From: an uncultured Thermoplasmata archaeon
GTDB lineage: Archaea; Thermoplasmatota; Thermoplasmata; UBA10834
NCBI GenBank assembly: GCA_963748615.1
Contig: CAVVJQ010000002.1
Location: 17,718 to 81,717, forward strand
Direction of reading: 5' to 3'
Length of the DNA: 64,000 nt
Shown: positions 9,984 through 18,647 of the stretch, one piece after another
How the letters are laid out: each line of letters opens with the position of its first letter
How positions within the stretch are numbered: position 1 is the first letter of the stretch
Notes under the pieces: model-generated
Told to the model about the DNA's origin: nothing
The model's database searches: none
The model's input: the letters and a program-made list of their open reading frames with translations, nothing else
Position numbers and translations under genes: made by a program

Positions 9984-10062
9984 CTCACCTGTATCCCTGC
10001 AAACCCATTCAAGAACCCTTACTTCGTTTTCGTCTTTCTAACGAACAGGTATCCCGCTGCGC
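9984..10062. repeat. direct repeat copy 2 (3' end plus 3' flank of the SBP5/Ig paralogues)
   Basis: ctcacctgtatccctgcaaacccattcaagaacccttacttcgttttcgtctttctaacgaacaggtatcccgctgcgc, the counterpart of 8546..8624. Confidence 0.8.
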
Positions 10063-13000
10063 CTATCACCGCGACGATTCCCGCGATCGCGCCGATGACC
10101 GCCCAAGGGCCGACGGGGCCGTTGAGACTGAACACACTCGTCTCGATGGAGAACATGATTGTGGTGGTCTGTGAATTGTTCGCTTCGTCATACAGCGTGA
10201 TGACCAACTCGTGTTCGCCATCCGTCAGGTCCGTCAATGTGATGCCATCGATCATCGCGGTGATTGGATCGCCACTATTCAGCTGGCAAAGGATGGAGCA
10301 TGGGCCACTCATTTCGTCGGAGCAAGTCCATGTGATATCGACCATGTTCGATGTGGATATGAAGCCCGATGCTCGATCCAGGGTCACCACGGGTTTGTCC
10401 GTGTCGACCTTCACGACAATGGATCTAACGGGCTCGACATTCCCGGAGAAATCGACGGAGTAATACTCCAGGAGGTGGACGCCATCTCCAAGGATTATCT
10501 GCGAAGAGTAGGCTGACCATTCCCCGGAATCGATCCTCGTGTATGTCACGCTGACGTCGCTCGCATCATCTTCTCCTGTGAGACTGACAGTGACCGACGA
10601 GACATACCATCCATTCCCGCCATGAGTTCCGTTCATCGAGAACTCGGTGTGCGGAGCCTCTGCATCGATTCCGAAGGTGAACTCCTGTGCGACCTCTGTG
10701 TTGCCTGCGATATCGACAGAATAGAACTCGATCGTGTGGAGCCCGTCGCCTTCGACAGTGAAGGGGCCTGAGAACTCCTGCGCCGCATCGCCGTCCAAGA
10801 TGTAGAACGTGTCTGCAACGCCGCTCAATCCATCAGATGCTGAGAAGTTCACCTCCACCGGCGATCGGTACCAGTCGAAGTGTTCCCAAGTCCCTGACAG
10901 ATCGTAACTCGTCACGGGCACAGTGCCATCGATCATGACCTCCAATGATTTCGAAGCCTCATCGTTGCCATAGCAATCCACGGAGTAGTACTCGATAAGG
11001 TGAACCATGTCTCCCTGAAGTATGATAGGGAATTCATAGACATACCATTCGCCGCCGTCGACCCTGCAATATGTCATGGGATCTGGATCGGAATCGTCCA
11101 TCGAATGGAGAGTGACCTCGACAACGCCGATGTACCAGCCATCAAGGCCATCTGAACCGTTGCATGTCGCGAGAGTGAGTGGGGCCTGATTGTCATAGAC
11201 ATCCACTGTGATGGATGCACTATCCGTATTGCCTGAAGAGTCGCGGACCTCCAGACATACAGTGTGCGTTCCGATCGTGGAATACGAGTGCGTGACTATC
11301 TTGTCCGTGGACCAATCCACATCCCAAACACCATCATCCTCCCAATCCCATCGAACTTCCAATGACGATGCAGGATCGATATCATCCTTGCACCCAGTAG
11401 CATAGAACTCGAACATCGTGGACACATCTCCTGATGGCGGCATCACGATGATTTCTGCGACGGGAGGCAGGTCCAGTATCTCGGACGACATCGAGAATCT
11501 GACGAAGGGTGCGCCATATGGCATCAAGCCGACCCTGTCCCATTCATTCTCAAGATAGCTATGGGCAACCTGAGTGTTCGACCACTCCCACATATCGATC
11601 GGACCGACGAATGCCAATATGCGCGCCATTGGATCAACGAATATCTGGCCCTCGAAATCTGTCCACATGGGCTCTGAATAGACGCAGGTCATCGACTCGT
11701 ATATCTCGTTGATTGCATCAGTTCCGGCATGTTCCAGGAATAGCTGCTCCCCTGCAGGCCACTCGAAGACGAGCGATTCTCCTTCAGATAGATTGAACGC
11801 GCCAGGGACATTGTGATACGGCACATACTCGCCATATCTCTCAGATCCAGGAGTAAGGCTCAGACGCTCTTTGTCGCTGTAAGACTCATAGGCCGAGGGA
11901 TGCGTGATGCTTGTTACGTAGTCCTGACACACAGGCTCCCAGACCCAGCAAGGATCGCCATCGACGGATGATGCGAATGCATACATCGCGTAGTCCACAA
12001 CCGTATCGATATCGATGTCCGATGATTCAGGACCGATCTCCGCGTGCATCGAGAAGTCCTCGAACCAGTATTCTGAATCATCCATCCACGCGTCGTGCAG
12101 CCATCTCGTCATGAGTGCCTCGAATCCCCATGATACGATCTGCTGGTTCACGACCACAGTGTCTCCGACACGCTCAGCCGTGAGCTGGTGCGTGAACGCC
12201 TGCAACAGATACTCGTACATGCAATAGATATCGAGTCGGTCGTTCGCTTCCGATCTAATGTAGTTCCACCAGGCATTCTCGACCGATGCACTGTTCGCCG
12301 CCCACCATGTATCGAATGTCTCCCATTGGTCAGAGGGCATGCCAAGAACAGACATCGCCGCCGTCTGGTCGAGAATCATCTCACCGTCGAATATCGTGAT
12401 CCATCCGTCGTTGTTGTCCGCAGCGATTGGTGATAAGATCTCCAGTTCTGCATCGGTGCCGTATGTGAAGTACCAATCGAGTGTGACGTTTCCTCCGCTC
12501 GTGGTCCCGAGGTTCGGGACGAACAAGGGATTCTCATTCATGTTGATCTCTGGCATGTTCCTTCCAGTTATGTCCAGGCGCATGTTGGAGTATGTCCAGA
12601 CGTTGCCCTCCAGAGACCCATCGATCCAGTCATAAATGTAGGGATAACTGTCACTCCATGTGATCTCGTTGTTCCTCTTCTCGTACCATTCACCGAATGG
12701 CACGTTGAACATATCGTACCATCTATATTGCATGGACCTCTCATTGCCATAGTCTGGAAGGACAGTCACCACAAGCGAATCGGATACCGATTGATCATCT
12801 TTGTCAGTGACGGTGAGCGTCACATCGATGGTGCCATCCGAATAGAAGCATGCGACCACGGACTGTCCGAACATGTCGTACGAACCATCGGGTCCGTCGA
12901 AGGACCATGTCCAGTTCAGGGATTCGATCGAGTCATCTGGGTCAATTGCGCTCCCGCTGAATAATACCGGAACGCCTTGATTCACGGTGACATCCTCACC

Positions 13001-14758
13001 TGCATAGACATCCATAGGACCGGTGTATTCGTTGAACTCGATCGATAGGTAGAACCATGGTCCTGCAGGGGACATGTTAGGGTTCTCATGCATATCTGGA
13101 TAGTTGGTCCAGATCATACTGTTGTACGCCACCAGCGTGTACGGGTACCAGAGGACGACATATGGAGAATCGTAGTACAGGATATCCTGCATCTCGTATA
13201 CGATGTCCTGTCGGGCGGCATCATCCGTCTCGGCCAACTGCTCTTCGTACAACTGATCATAATATGAGTTCGAATAGAACGAATCGGACCAGGCGGTCCA
13301 ATCGGTGGGAGATTCCGGTATCTGATCCGTGGTCATAACGGATAGCGCAAAGCTGGGGGGAAAAGGTTCCTTATATCCGAAGTCCCAACCCCAGATGAAC
13401 AGGTCCAGACTGCAAGAGTACCAATATGTGTAGAGCATGCTCTCTGATACAGCGACCACGGGAGCAGAGATGCCTATGGATGCTAGGCAGTCCGATATCA
13501 AGTTCGCTGCGGCAATATCGGCAGTCTCATCGTTCCGGACCTTGATAGTGAATTCCAATGGCACTCCGCTCGTGACGTTCTCCCTGATGCCATCGCTATC
13601 GAAGTCGATATATCCTGCCGCGTCCAACAGTGAGGCTGCAGCATCTAGGTCGAATGGCAACTCGGATTCATCCGGGATATCTAAGTGCCAATACTTCATC
13701 GTCTCAGGGAGCAGCGTCTCCCCTACTCCGGCATGACCGTCCAAGATCGCGTCCACCATATATGTCTGGTTCACGCACATGGCAATCGCTTGTCGCACGG
13801 ATCTGTTCGTCGTCTCGAGGTTATCACTTGCCTTATAAAAATTGGCTCTGATCTCCTCCGAGGCGCAGTTCACGCCAAGCTCAATGATACTCCCAGATTT
13901 GATGGACTGGCCTCCGATCCCAGGAGTTGCGACGAGAGACTCCCAGTTCATGGCGGGAACATCATATGCGAGGTCTATCGTACCGGCCATGAGTGAATTG
14001 ATCATCCCTTCCGGGGACGAGAATATCTTGAAGAGTAATGTATTGAATTTTGCAGCTCCCAGATGATACATGGCCCAGCTATTCATAAGGACATAATCAT
14101 TGTATACGAAATCATCCAGTATGAACGGTCCTGAGCCGATGGGGCCATCAGGGAAGTATGCTGAACTCAAGACATCGACATCGTTCAGGTAGTTGGAGGG
14201 CACGTTGCTCCATAGATGCTCTGGTAGTATGGGTATCATCGAGTAAGGGAGGTCCGCCGTTGGAACGCTTGTGGTTATCTGCACGGTGTTGCTGTTCAGA
14301 GCGATGACCTCGGTCACATCGGTCAAGAGTTTGATGTACAAGGAGCACTCAGCTGGGTTGGACAGGATCAAGTTGTAAGTGAATGCGACATCATCCGCGT
14401 GAACCTGCTCACCGTCGTGCCAGTAGACATCGTCATCTATTACGAATGTCCAGACCAGCTCCGATTCATCGCAATCCCATGACGATGCAAGCATGGGTGC
14501 AGGCATCATATCCGAATCGACCGATGTCAATGATTCGTACATCAGGGATAGTATGGTGTAGGAGTTCCGCAAAACCGCCCTGAACGGATTCAGCGTATCG
14601 ACGCCACCAGTTGTTCCCACGGTGAACATCGTAGCGTCTGCGCCTTCCACATCATCCGCGGTGTAGAGCAGGTAAGCAAATGGCGAAATCACCATCGCAA
14701 CGATCAAAAGAGATACCTCTACTATTCTGAACTTTTCAGTGCTAACAGGCCACTTCAT
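10019..14758 (-). CDS. large cell-surface protein: signal/TM, SBP family 5 (peptide/nickel-binding type) domain, two PKD domains, four Ig-like repeats, C-terminal TM anchor
   Basis: 1579 aa. The N-terminal hydrophobic segment is followed by an SBP_bac_5-like region (VDTLNPF..., WHDGEQVHADDVAFTYN). PKD-like segments are WTWSFDGPDGS...TLTVTDKDDQS and VRWDWEDDGVWD...CLEVRDSSGNT. Repeats end in YSVDCYGNDE, YSVDIAGNTE and YSVDFSGNVE. The C-terminus is NGPVGPWAVIGAIAGIVAVIGAAGYLFVRKTKTK. Confidence 0.8.
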   Translation of the reverse strand: MKWPVSTEKFRIVEVSLLIVAMVISPFAYLLYTADDVEGADATMFTVGTTGGVDTLNPFRAVLRNSYTILSLMYESLTSVDSDMMPAPMLASSWDCDESELVWTFVIDDDVYWHDGEQVHADDVAFTYNLILSNPAECSLYIKLLTDVTEVIALNSNTVQITTSVPTADLPYSMIPILPEHLWSNVPSNYLNDVDVLSSAYFPDGPIGSGPFILDDFVYNDYVLMNSWAMYHLGAAKFNTLLFKIFSSPEGMINSLMAGTIDLAYDVPAMNWESLVATPGIGGQSIKSGSIIELGVNCASEEIRANFYKASDNLETTNRSVRQAIAMCVNQTYMVDAILDGHAGVGETLLPETMKYWHLDIPDESELPFDLDAAASLLDAAGYIDFDSDGIRENVTSGVPLEFTIKVRNDETADIAAANLISDCLASIGISAPVVAVSESMLYTYWYSCSLDLFIWGWDFGYKEPFPPSFALSVMTTDQIPESPTDWTAWSDSFYSNSYYDQLYEEQLAETDDAARQDIVYEMQDILYYDSPYVVLWYPYTLVAYNSMIWTNYPDMHENPNMSPAGPWFYLSIEFNEYTGPMDVYAGEDVTVNQGVPVLFSGSAIDPDDSIESLNWTWSFDGPDGSYDMFGQSVVACFYSDGTIDVTLTVTDKDDQSVSDSLVVTVLPDYGNERSMQYRWYDMFNVPFGEWYEKRNNEITWSDSYPYIYDWIDGSLEGNVWTYSNMRLDITGRNMPEINMNENPLFVPNLGTTSGGNVTLDWYFTYGTDAELEILSPIAADNNDGWITIFDGEMILDQTAAMSVLGMPSDQWETFDTWWAANSASVENAWWNYIRSEANDRLDIYCMYEYLLQAFTHQLTAERVGDTVVVNQQIVSWGFEALMTRWLHDAWMDDSEYWFEDFSMHAEIGPESSDIDIDTVVDYAMYAFASSVDGDPCWVWEPVCQDYVTSITHPSAYESYSDKERLSLTPGSERYGEYVPYHNVPGAFNLSEGESLVFEWPAGEQLFLEHAGTDAINEIYESMTCVYSEPMWTDFEGQIFVDPMARILAFVGPIDMWEWSNTQVAHSYLENEWDRVGLMPYGAPFVRFSMSSEILDLPPVAEIIVMPPSGDVSTMFEFYATGCKDDIDPASSLEVRWDWEDDGVWDVDWSTDKIVTHSYSTIGTHTVCLEVRDSSGNTDSASITVDVYDNQAPLTLATCNGSDGLDGWYIGVVEVTLHSMDDSDPDPMTYCRVDGGEWYVYEFPIILQGDMVHLIEYYSVDCYGNDEASKSLEVMIDGTVPVTSYDLSGTWEHFDWYRSPVEVNFSASDGLSGVADTFYILDGDAAQEFSGPFTVEGDGLHTIEFYSVDIAGNTEVAQEFTFGIDAEAPHTEFSMNGTHGGNGWYVSSVTVSLTGEDDASDVSVTYTRIDSGEWSAYSSQIILGDGVHLLEYYSVDFSGNVEPVRSIVVKVDTDKPVVTLDRASGFISTSNMVDITWTCSDEMSGPCSILCQLNSGDPITAMIDGITLTDLTDGEHELVITLYDEANNSQTTTIMFSIETSVFSLNGPVGPWAVIGAIAGIVAVIGAAGYLFVRKTKTK

Positions 14759-14911
14759 GCCTACTTCCTCCCGAACACCCGATCCGATGGATTCTAGATG
14801 TAGTCAGTACACATGATAAAATGCTATATTAATGTTGAGTCGGACAGCCACGGAGACTCACGCGCAAGGTCTAATGTATGCGCAATACGTTCTGTAACAA
14901 GGTGGGATTCG

Positions 14912-15904
14912 GTGCTCTGTTCGAACTGCGGGAAGGAGAATCTGGACGACTCACGGTACTGCATGACCTGTGGATCCGAGATACGCAAGGTCAAACCGTT
15001 CACAAGCAACGAGCTCGCGAAGCCGAGAGATGAGATCGGGAAGGCGATAGGCCAACGAGCCGCATCCGACACGATCATACCGCCTTGGATCGTCGTGATC
15101 CCGTTCATAGTTGCGATGATTGGTGGGATGGTGATCTTCGCCGTCATACTCAGCAGAGTGTTCGAATACTTCTCTGAGAATGGAGAGTTGACGAACGATT
15201 ATGACTTCATAGCCGGCTCCGAATGGATGATCCTGCTAGCACTTGCGATTTCCACAGTGTTCTACATAATCTACGGGATGATCACGTACAAATTGATAGA
15301 CAGAATGAACAAGCACAGCGCAAGGGAAGTAACCCTGAGATTGGCGGTCTCTTCGTTCATCGAGAATCTCGTGGGTTCGTCCACTCATGGAGGAAGGGGT
15401 GATCTGGGTTGGAGCGGACTCGGAGGCCAAAACCTCCTATCACCGGACGATGTGAAGAGAAGATCACCGGTCTTGTGGATGCTGATCATCGCCTTGCCTA
15501 TTTTCGGATCGATCCTGCAGGCTTTCGTCTACTTCGCGTATGGCTACGGTGCCTACTCAGAATACTCATCATATACATTCCTGATAGCGCTGGTCCCGGG
15601 GCTGCTCATGTTGTACATGTTCAATTTCCTCATGGAAGAAACCCGCGAGCACGACCGCAGGTGGATCGAGTTCACAAGGGATGTGAAGGTATCATTGGCA
15701 ATGGCAGGGCTCGCCGTAGGCACGCTGCCCGACCATGCAGTCCTCGAGAGAAGGTCGTTCTGGCTGTACTTCGTCCTGTCAATCATCACCTTAGGGATCT
15801 TTGTGATATTCTGGTGGTACGTATTGCTGAAGGACCCGAACGAGCACTTCAAGAAACAGTGGGAGTTCGAGGATGAGTTGCTCAGATTCATATCTCCGAG
15901 ATAG
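14912..15904 (+). CDS. membrane protein with N-terminal zinc-ribbon (CxxC...CxxC) and several TM helices
   Basis: Zinc-ribbon CSNCGKENLDDSRYCMTCG is followed by at least 4 hydrophobic helices. The ORF track starts at 14813. GTG 14912 is preceded by AAGGTGG (SD-like) and would place the zinc ribbon at the N-terminus. Confidence 0.55.
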   Translation: MLCSNCGKENLDDSRYCMTCGSEIRKVKPFTSNELAKPRDEIGKAIGQRAASDTIIPPWIVVIPFIVAMIGGMVIFAVILSRVFEYFSENGELTNDYDFIAGSEWMILLALAISTVFYIIYGMITYKLIDRMNKHSAREVTLRLAVSSFIENLVGSSTHGGRGDLGWSGLGGQNLLSPDDVKRRSPVLWMLIIALPIFGSILQAFVYFAYGYGAYSEYSSYTFLIALVPGLLMLYMFNFLMEETREHDRRWIEFTRDVKVSLAMAGLAVGTLPDHAVLERRSFWLYFVLSIITLGIFVIFWWYVLLKDPNEHFKKQWEFEDELLRFISPR

Positions 15905-15928
15905 TCACGGACGAGTCGATTGGCACAC

Positions 15929-16822
15929 CTATGGCTTCTCGGCGATTATCCTGTAGCTAGCCACCATATCGGACATATCGGCTTTGGACGATATCTGACC
16001 GTGACCACTCCTTGCGGAAGAGGATGAGAACGCAGTCTGCGCATCTGGAACGTACACACTCATCTGCTCTTGCGTGTACACGACCTTGTCCTGAACCTGT
16101 ATGTTCGTGAAGCCTGCATGCTTGATCGCGCCGAGGTACTCATCTTCAGATACGGCTCCGCTTACACAACTCGCCCAAGCGGCGAGGTTGGTCCTGAGCT
16201 CATCGGGAAGCTCGCGCAACAAGACGATATCGGATACGGCAAGCCGTCCACCGGATTTGAGTATCCTGAAAGCCTCGTTGAACACCTGCTGCTTGGATGG
16301 TGAGAGATTGATGACGCAGTTGCTTATCACGACGTCCGCGCTCGAATCCTGGAGTGGGATGTGCTCTATCTCTCCCAACCGGAATTCAACATTGTCGAAC
16401 CCGTTCTCCTTTGCAGTCCTGCGGGCTCTGAGGATCATCTCTGGAGTAGCATCGATACCAATCGCCCTTCCAGTCGGACCGACCTTCTTGGCCGACAGGA
16501 ACACATCGATACCTCCACCGCTTCCGAGGTCGACCACAGTCATGCCAGGCTTGAGATCGGCAATCGCAGTCGGGTTGCCGCATCCCGCACTCACCGCTGC
16601 CGCATCTGATGGAAGTGATGCGACATCCGAATCAGAATAGAGGGTCGAGCAGCCACACATGGTGTTCACCTTCGTGCCACAACATGATGTCCCGCGCTCG
16701 GCCAATGATCTGTACCGCTCTCGCACCGCGTCACGTATCTGCGATTCATCGACATCCATGGACTTTTCTTTCTTCTTGCGATCATCGGTCAACGGAGACA
16801 CCTCGATGGCTGCCATATACAC
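15929..16822 (-). CDS. arsM: arsenite S-adenosylmethionine methyltransferase
   Basis: SAM-binding motif VVDLGSGGGID. Conserved cysteine clusters SCCG / MCGCS / SAGCGNP precede it. ISNCVINLSP and LKSGGRLAVSDIV are typical of ArsM/AS3MT. Confidence 0.85.
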   Translation of the reverse strand: MYMAAIEVSPLTDDRKKKEKSMDVDESQIRDAVRERYRSLAERGTSCCGTKVNTMCGCSTLYSDSDVASLPSDAAAVSAGCGNPTAIADLKPGMTVVDLGSGGGIDVFLSAKKVGPTGRAIGIDATPEMILRARRTAKENGFDNVEFRLGEIEHIPLQDSSADVVISNCVINLSPSKQQVFNEAFRILKSGGRLAVSDIVLLRELPDELRTNLAAWASCVSGAVSEDEYLGAIKHAGFTNIQVQDKVVYTQEQMSVYVPDAQTAFSSSSARSGHGQISSKADMSDMVASYRIIAEKP

Positions 16823-17020
16823 TAGCTAGTTCATACGATATATTCCTTCCACATTAATGATTCTGAGATTGAACATGTCTCACCTTGTACTACGGTCGCA
16901 GTACTACACGATTCTCGCGTAGATTTCTCGTTTCTCGATAATTGAATATACTCGTAACGCTGAATAGGGGCCCGTGGGTCGGTAGAGTCTGGAATAAGCA
17001 GAGCTAGCTGTGGAGATGGC

Positions 17021-17671
17021 ATGATGGGAGTGGTATCAGACAGGATTGCTGGAATCGAAATGAAAGACCCAGTCACGATGCACCTCTTCGTGGAGGAGGG
17101 GTCGAAGGCGACGAAAGAATTGGTCGATCTGGCAGAATCGTTATCCGAATCGAACAACAAGATGAAGATCGACTTGGAATACGTGGATCGTGGCAGGAAC
17201 GGCAAACTCAGACCATATCACATCGAGCATTGGCCGTGCATGGTGCTCGAGAAGAACGGCTTCTCCAGGATCAGATACTACGGTGTGCCCTCGGGATATG
17301 AGCTTCAGGCGATGAAGGATGCGATACACGAATTATCGACATCGAGTCCTCGCCTCTCGCACCTGGCGCTCGAATCGCTGTCGAAGGTCAGGCGAAAAGC
17401 GAATGTGAAGGTGTTCGTCCTGACGACCTGTCCGTTCTGTCCGACCGTCGCGAGACACGCGTACAGGGCGGCGATAGCCTCCGAGAACGTCACCTCGGAG
17501 GTCATAGACTCGTCCATGTTCCAGGATCTCGCACTCAGACATTCGGTCATGGGCGTACCGAAAATGGTGCTGAACGACAACATCGACATCACTGGCGCAG
17601 TCGATGAAGTGGATTTCTTCGAACGATTGAGGGACGCGGACATGTCACTCTTGGACAACATGTATGGCTGA
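17021..17671 (+). CDS. glutaredoxin-like / protein disulfide oxidoreductase (PDO-type, two thioredoxin-fold units)
   Basis: 216 aa. The second unit carries the CxxC site TTCPFCPTV. Length and N-terminus resemble archaeal PDO / glutaredoxin-like domain proteins. The first unit lacks CxxC. Confidence 0.6.
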   Translation: MMGVVSDRIAGIEMKDPVTMHLFVEEGSKATKELVDLAESLSESNNKMKIDLEYVDRGRNGKLRPYHIEHWPCMVLEKNGFSRIRYYGVPSGYELQAMKDAIHELSTSSPRLSHLALESLSKVRRKANVKVFVLTTCPFCPTVARHAYRAAIASENVTSEVIDSSMFQDLALRHSVMGVPKMVLNDNIDITGAVDEVDFFERLRDADMSLLDNMYG

Positions 17672-17734
17672 TGAGAAGTCCCAAAACGGATTTAGATGGG
17701 GACAGCCATAACAGCCAAACGGTCGGAGAATTAG

Positions 17735-18589
17735 ATGGCTTCCCTCGGCTTCTTGAGAAAGGTCACTATGAAAGGATGGGTGATCGGCGGAATACTCATC
17801 GCTGCTGGCGTGCTCTCCCTCGTGTTCGCATACAATACACATATGGACATCCTGCAGATGATGCCCACGACCGACCCGGCTGAGCTGCAGGAGATATCCG
17901 ACTTGCAGGATCTCCGAGGGATATGCATCAACCTCGCTTTCGGCACGCTCTTCGTTGGCATCTTCACGATATTCGTGATGACTGAACGCGCATTGCCTTC
18001 GGACATCGCGCAGAGACAGATGCTGTCCGAGGTGAGGATGACGAACGAGCTGGTCGCCAACTTAAACCTTGAAGGCTCTGCGGCCTATGTTCCGGCGAAG
18101 TACGCACTCACCAGGGAGAAGGTGATGATACCGTCCTCGGACTCGTCGCTGTCCCTTCCGATAATGACAGACGACCTCGTCTTCTCGCTCGGAGCGGACA
18201 GGGCCACTCTAGGCATATTCCTCACGCCACCAGGACTCGACCTCCTGGATGGTTTCGAGCGCGATCTCGCAGTATCGAACAAGGAGGTCGGACTCGAGGC
18301 TTTCGAGGGCAACATGCAGGTCGTGAAGCTTGGCTTCGGCCTGGTGAAGGATTTCAAGATCAAGGAGAGGGCAGGAGAGATCATACTCAGGGTCGAGCAC
18401 TCCATGTTCAAGGAGAGTTGCGATACGATCCGAGCACTCATGCCGAACGTGTGCAGACAGGCAGGATGTCCGATCTGTTCGGCCTTCTTGACGGGGATCG
18501 CGCGTTCGACAGGAAAAGTGACCAGGATATTGAGGGTCGAGAACGATACTGACCGGATACAATTCCACATGATATTGAGCGATTGGTGA
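17735..18589 (+). CDS. module 1 gene 1: N-terminally membrane-anchored protein with a conserved C-terminal 4-Cys motif (possibly V4R-like; family uncertain)
   Basis: TM segment WVIGGILIAAGVLSLVFAY. The C-terminal pattern CDTIRALMPNVCRQAGCPICS (C-x10-C-x4-C-x2-C) and the terminal ILSDW are shared with the paralogue at 45273..46121. A GGAG lies upstream of the ATG. Confidence 0.55.
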   Translation: MASLGFLRKVTMKGWVIGGILIAAGVLSLVFAYNTHMDILQMMPTTDPAELQEISDLQDLRGICINLAFGTLFVGIFTIFVMTERALPSDIAQRQMLSEVRMTNELVANLNLEGSAAYVPAKYALTREKVMIPSSDSSLSLPIMTDDLVFSLGADRATLGIFLTPPGLDLLDGFERDLAVSNKEVGLEAFEGNMQVVKLGFGLVKDFKIKERAGEIILRVEHSMFKESCDTIRALMPNVCRQAGCPICSAFLTGIARSTGKVTRILRVENDTDRIQFHMILSDW

Positions 18590-18647
18590 TTTTTCGAAGG
18601 CAGAACCTGTGATATAATCGCCATTGAAGTGAGTTATTTATATCCGC

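Noticed and set aside
8546-10062. The ~79-nt direct repeats as termini of a mobile element
   Set aside because: They are the homologous 3' ends of two tandem paralogous genes. No transposase or integrase lies between or near them, and no inverted-repeat structure is present.
9915-10463. 182-aa plus-strand ORF overlapping the 3' end of the 1579-aa gene
   Set aside because: It is antisense to the conserved C-terminal anchor and Ig domain, which are also conserved in the paralogue. Its hydrophobic look merely mirrors the TM segment on the opposite strand.
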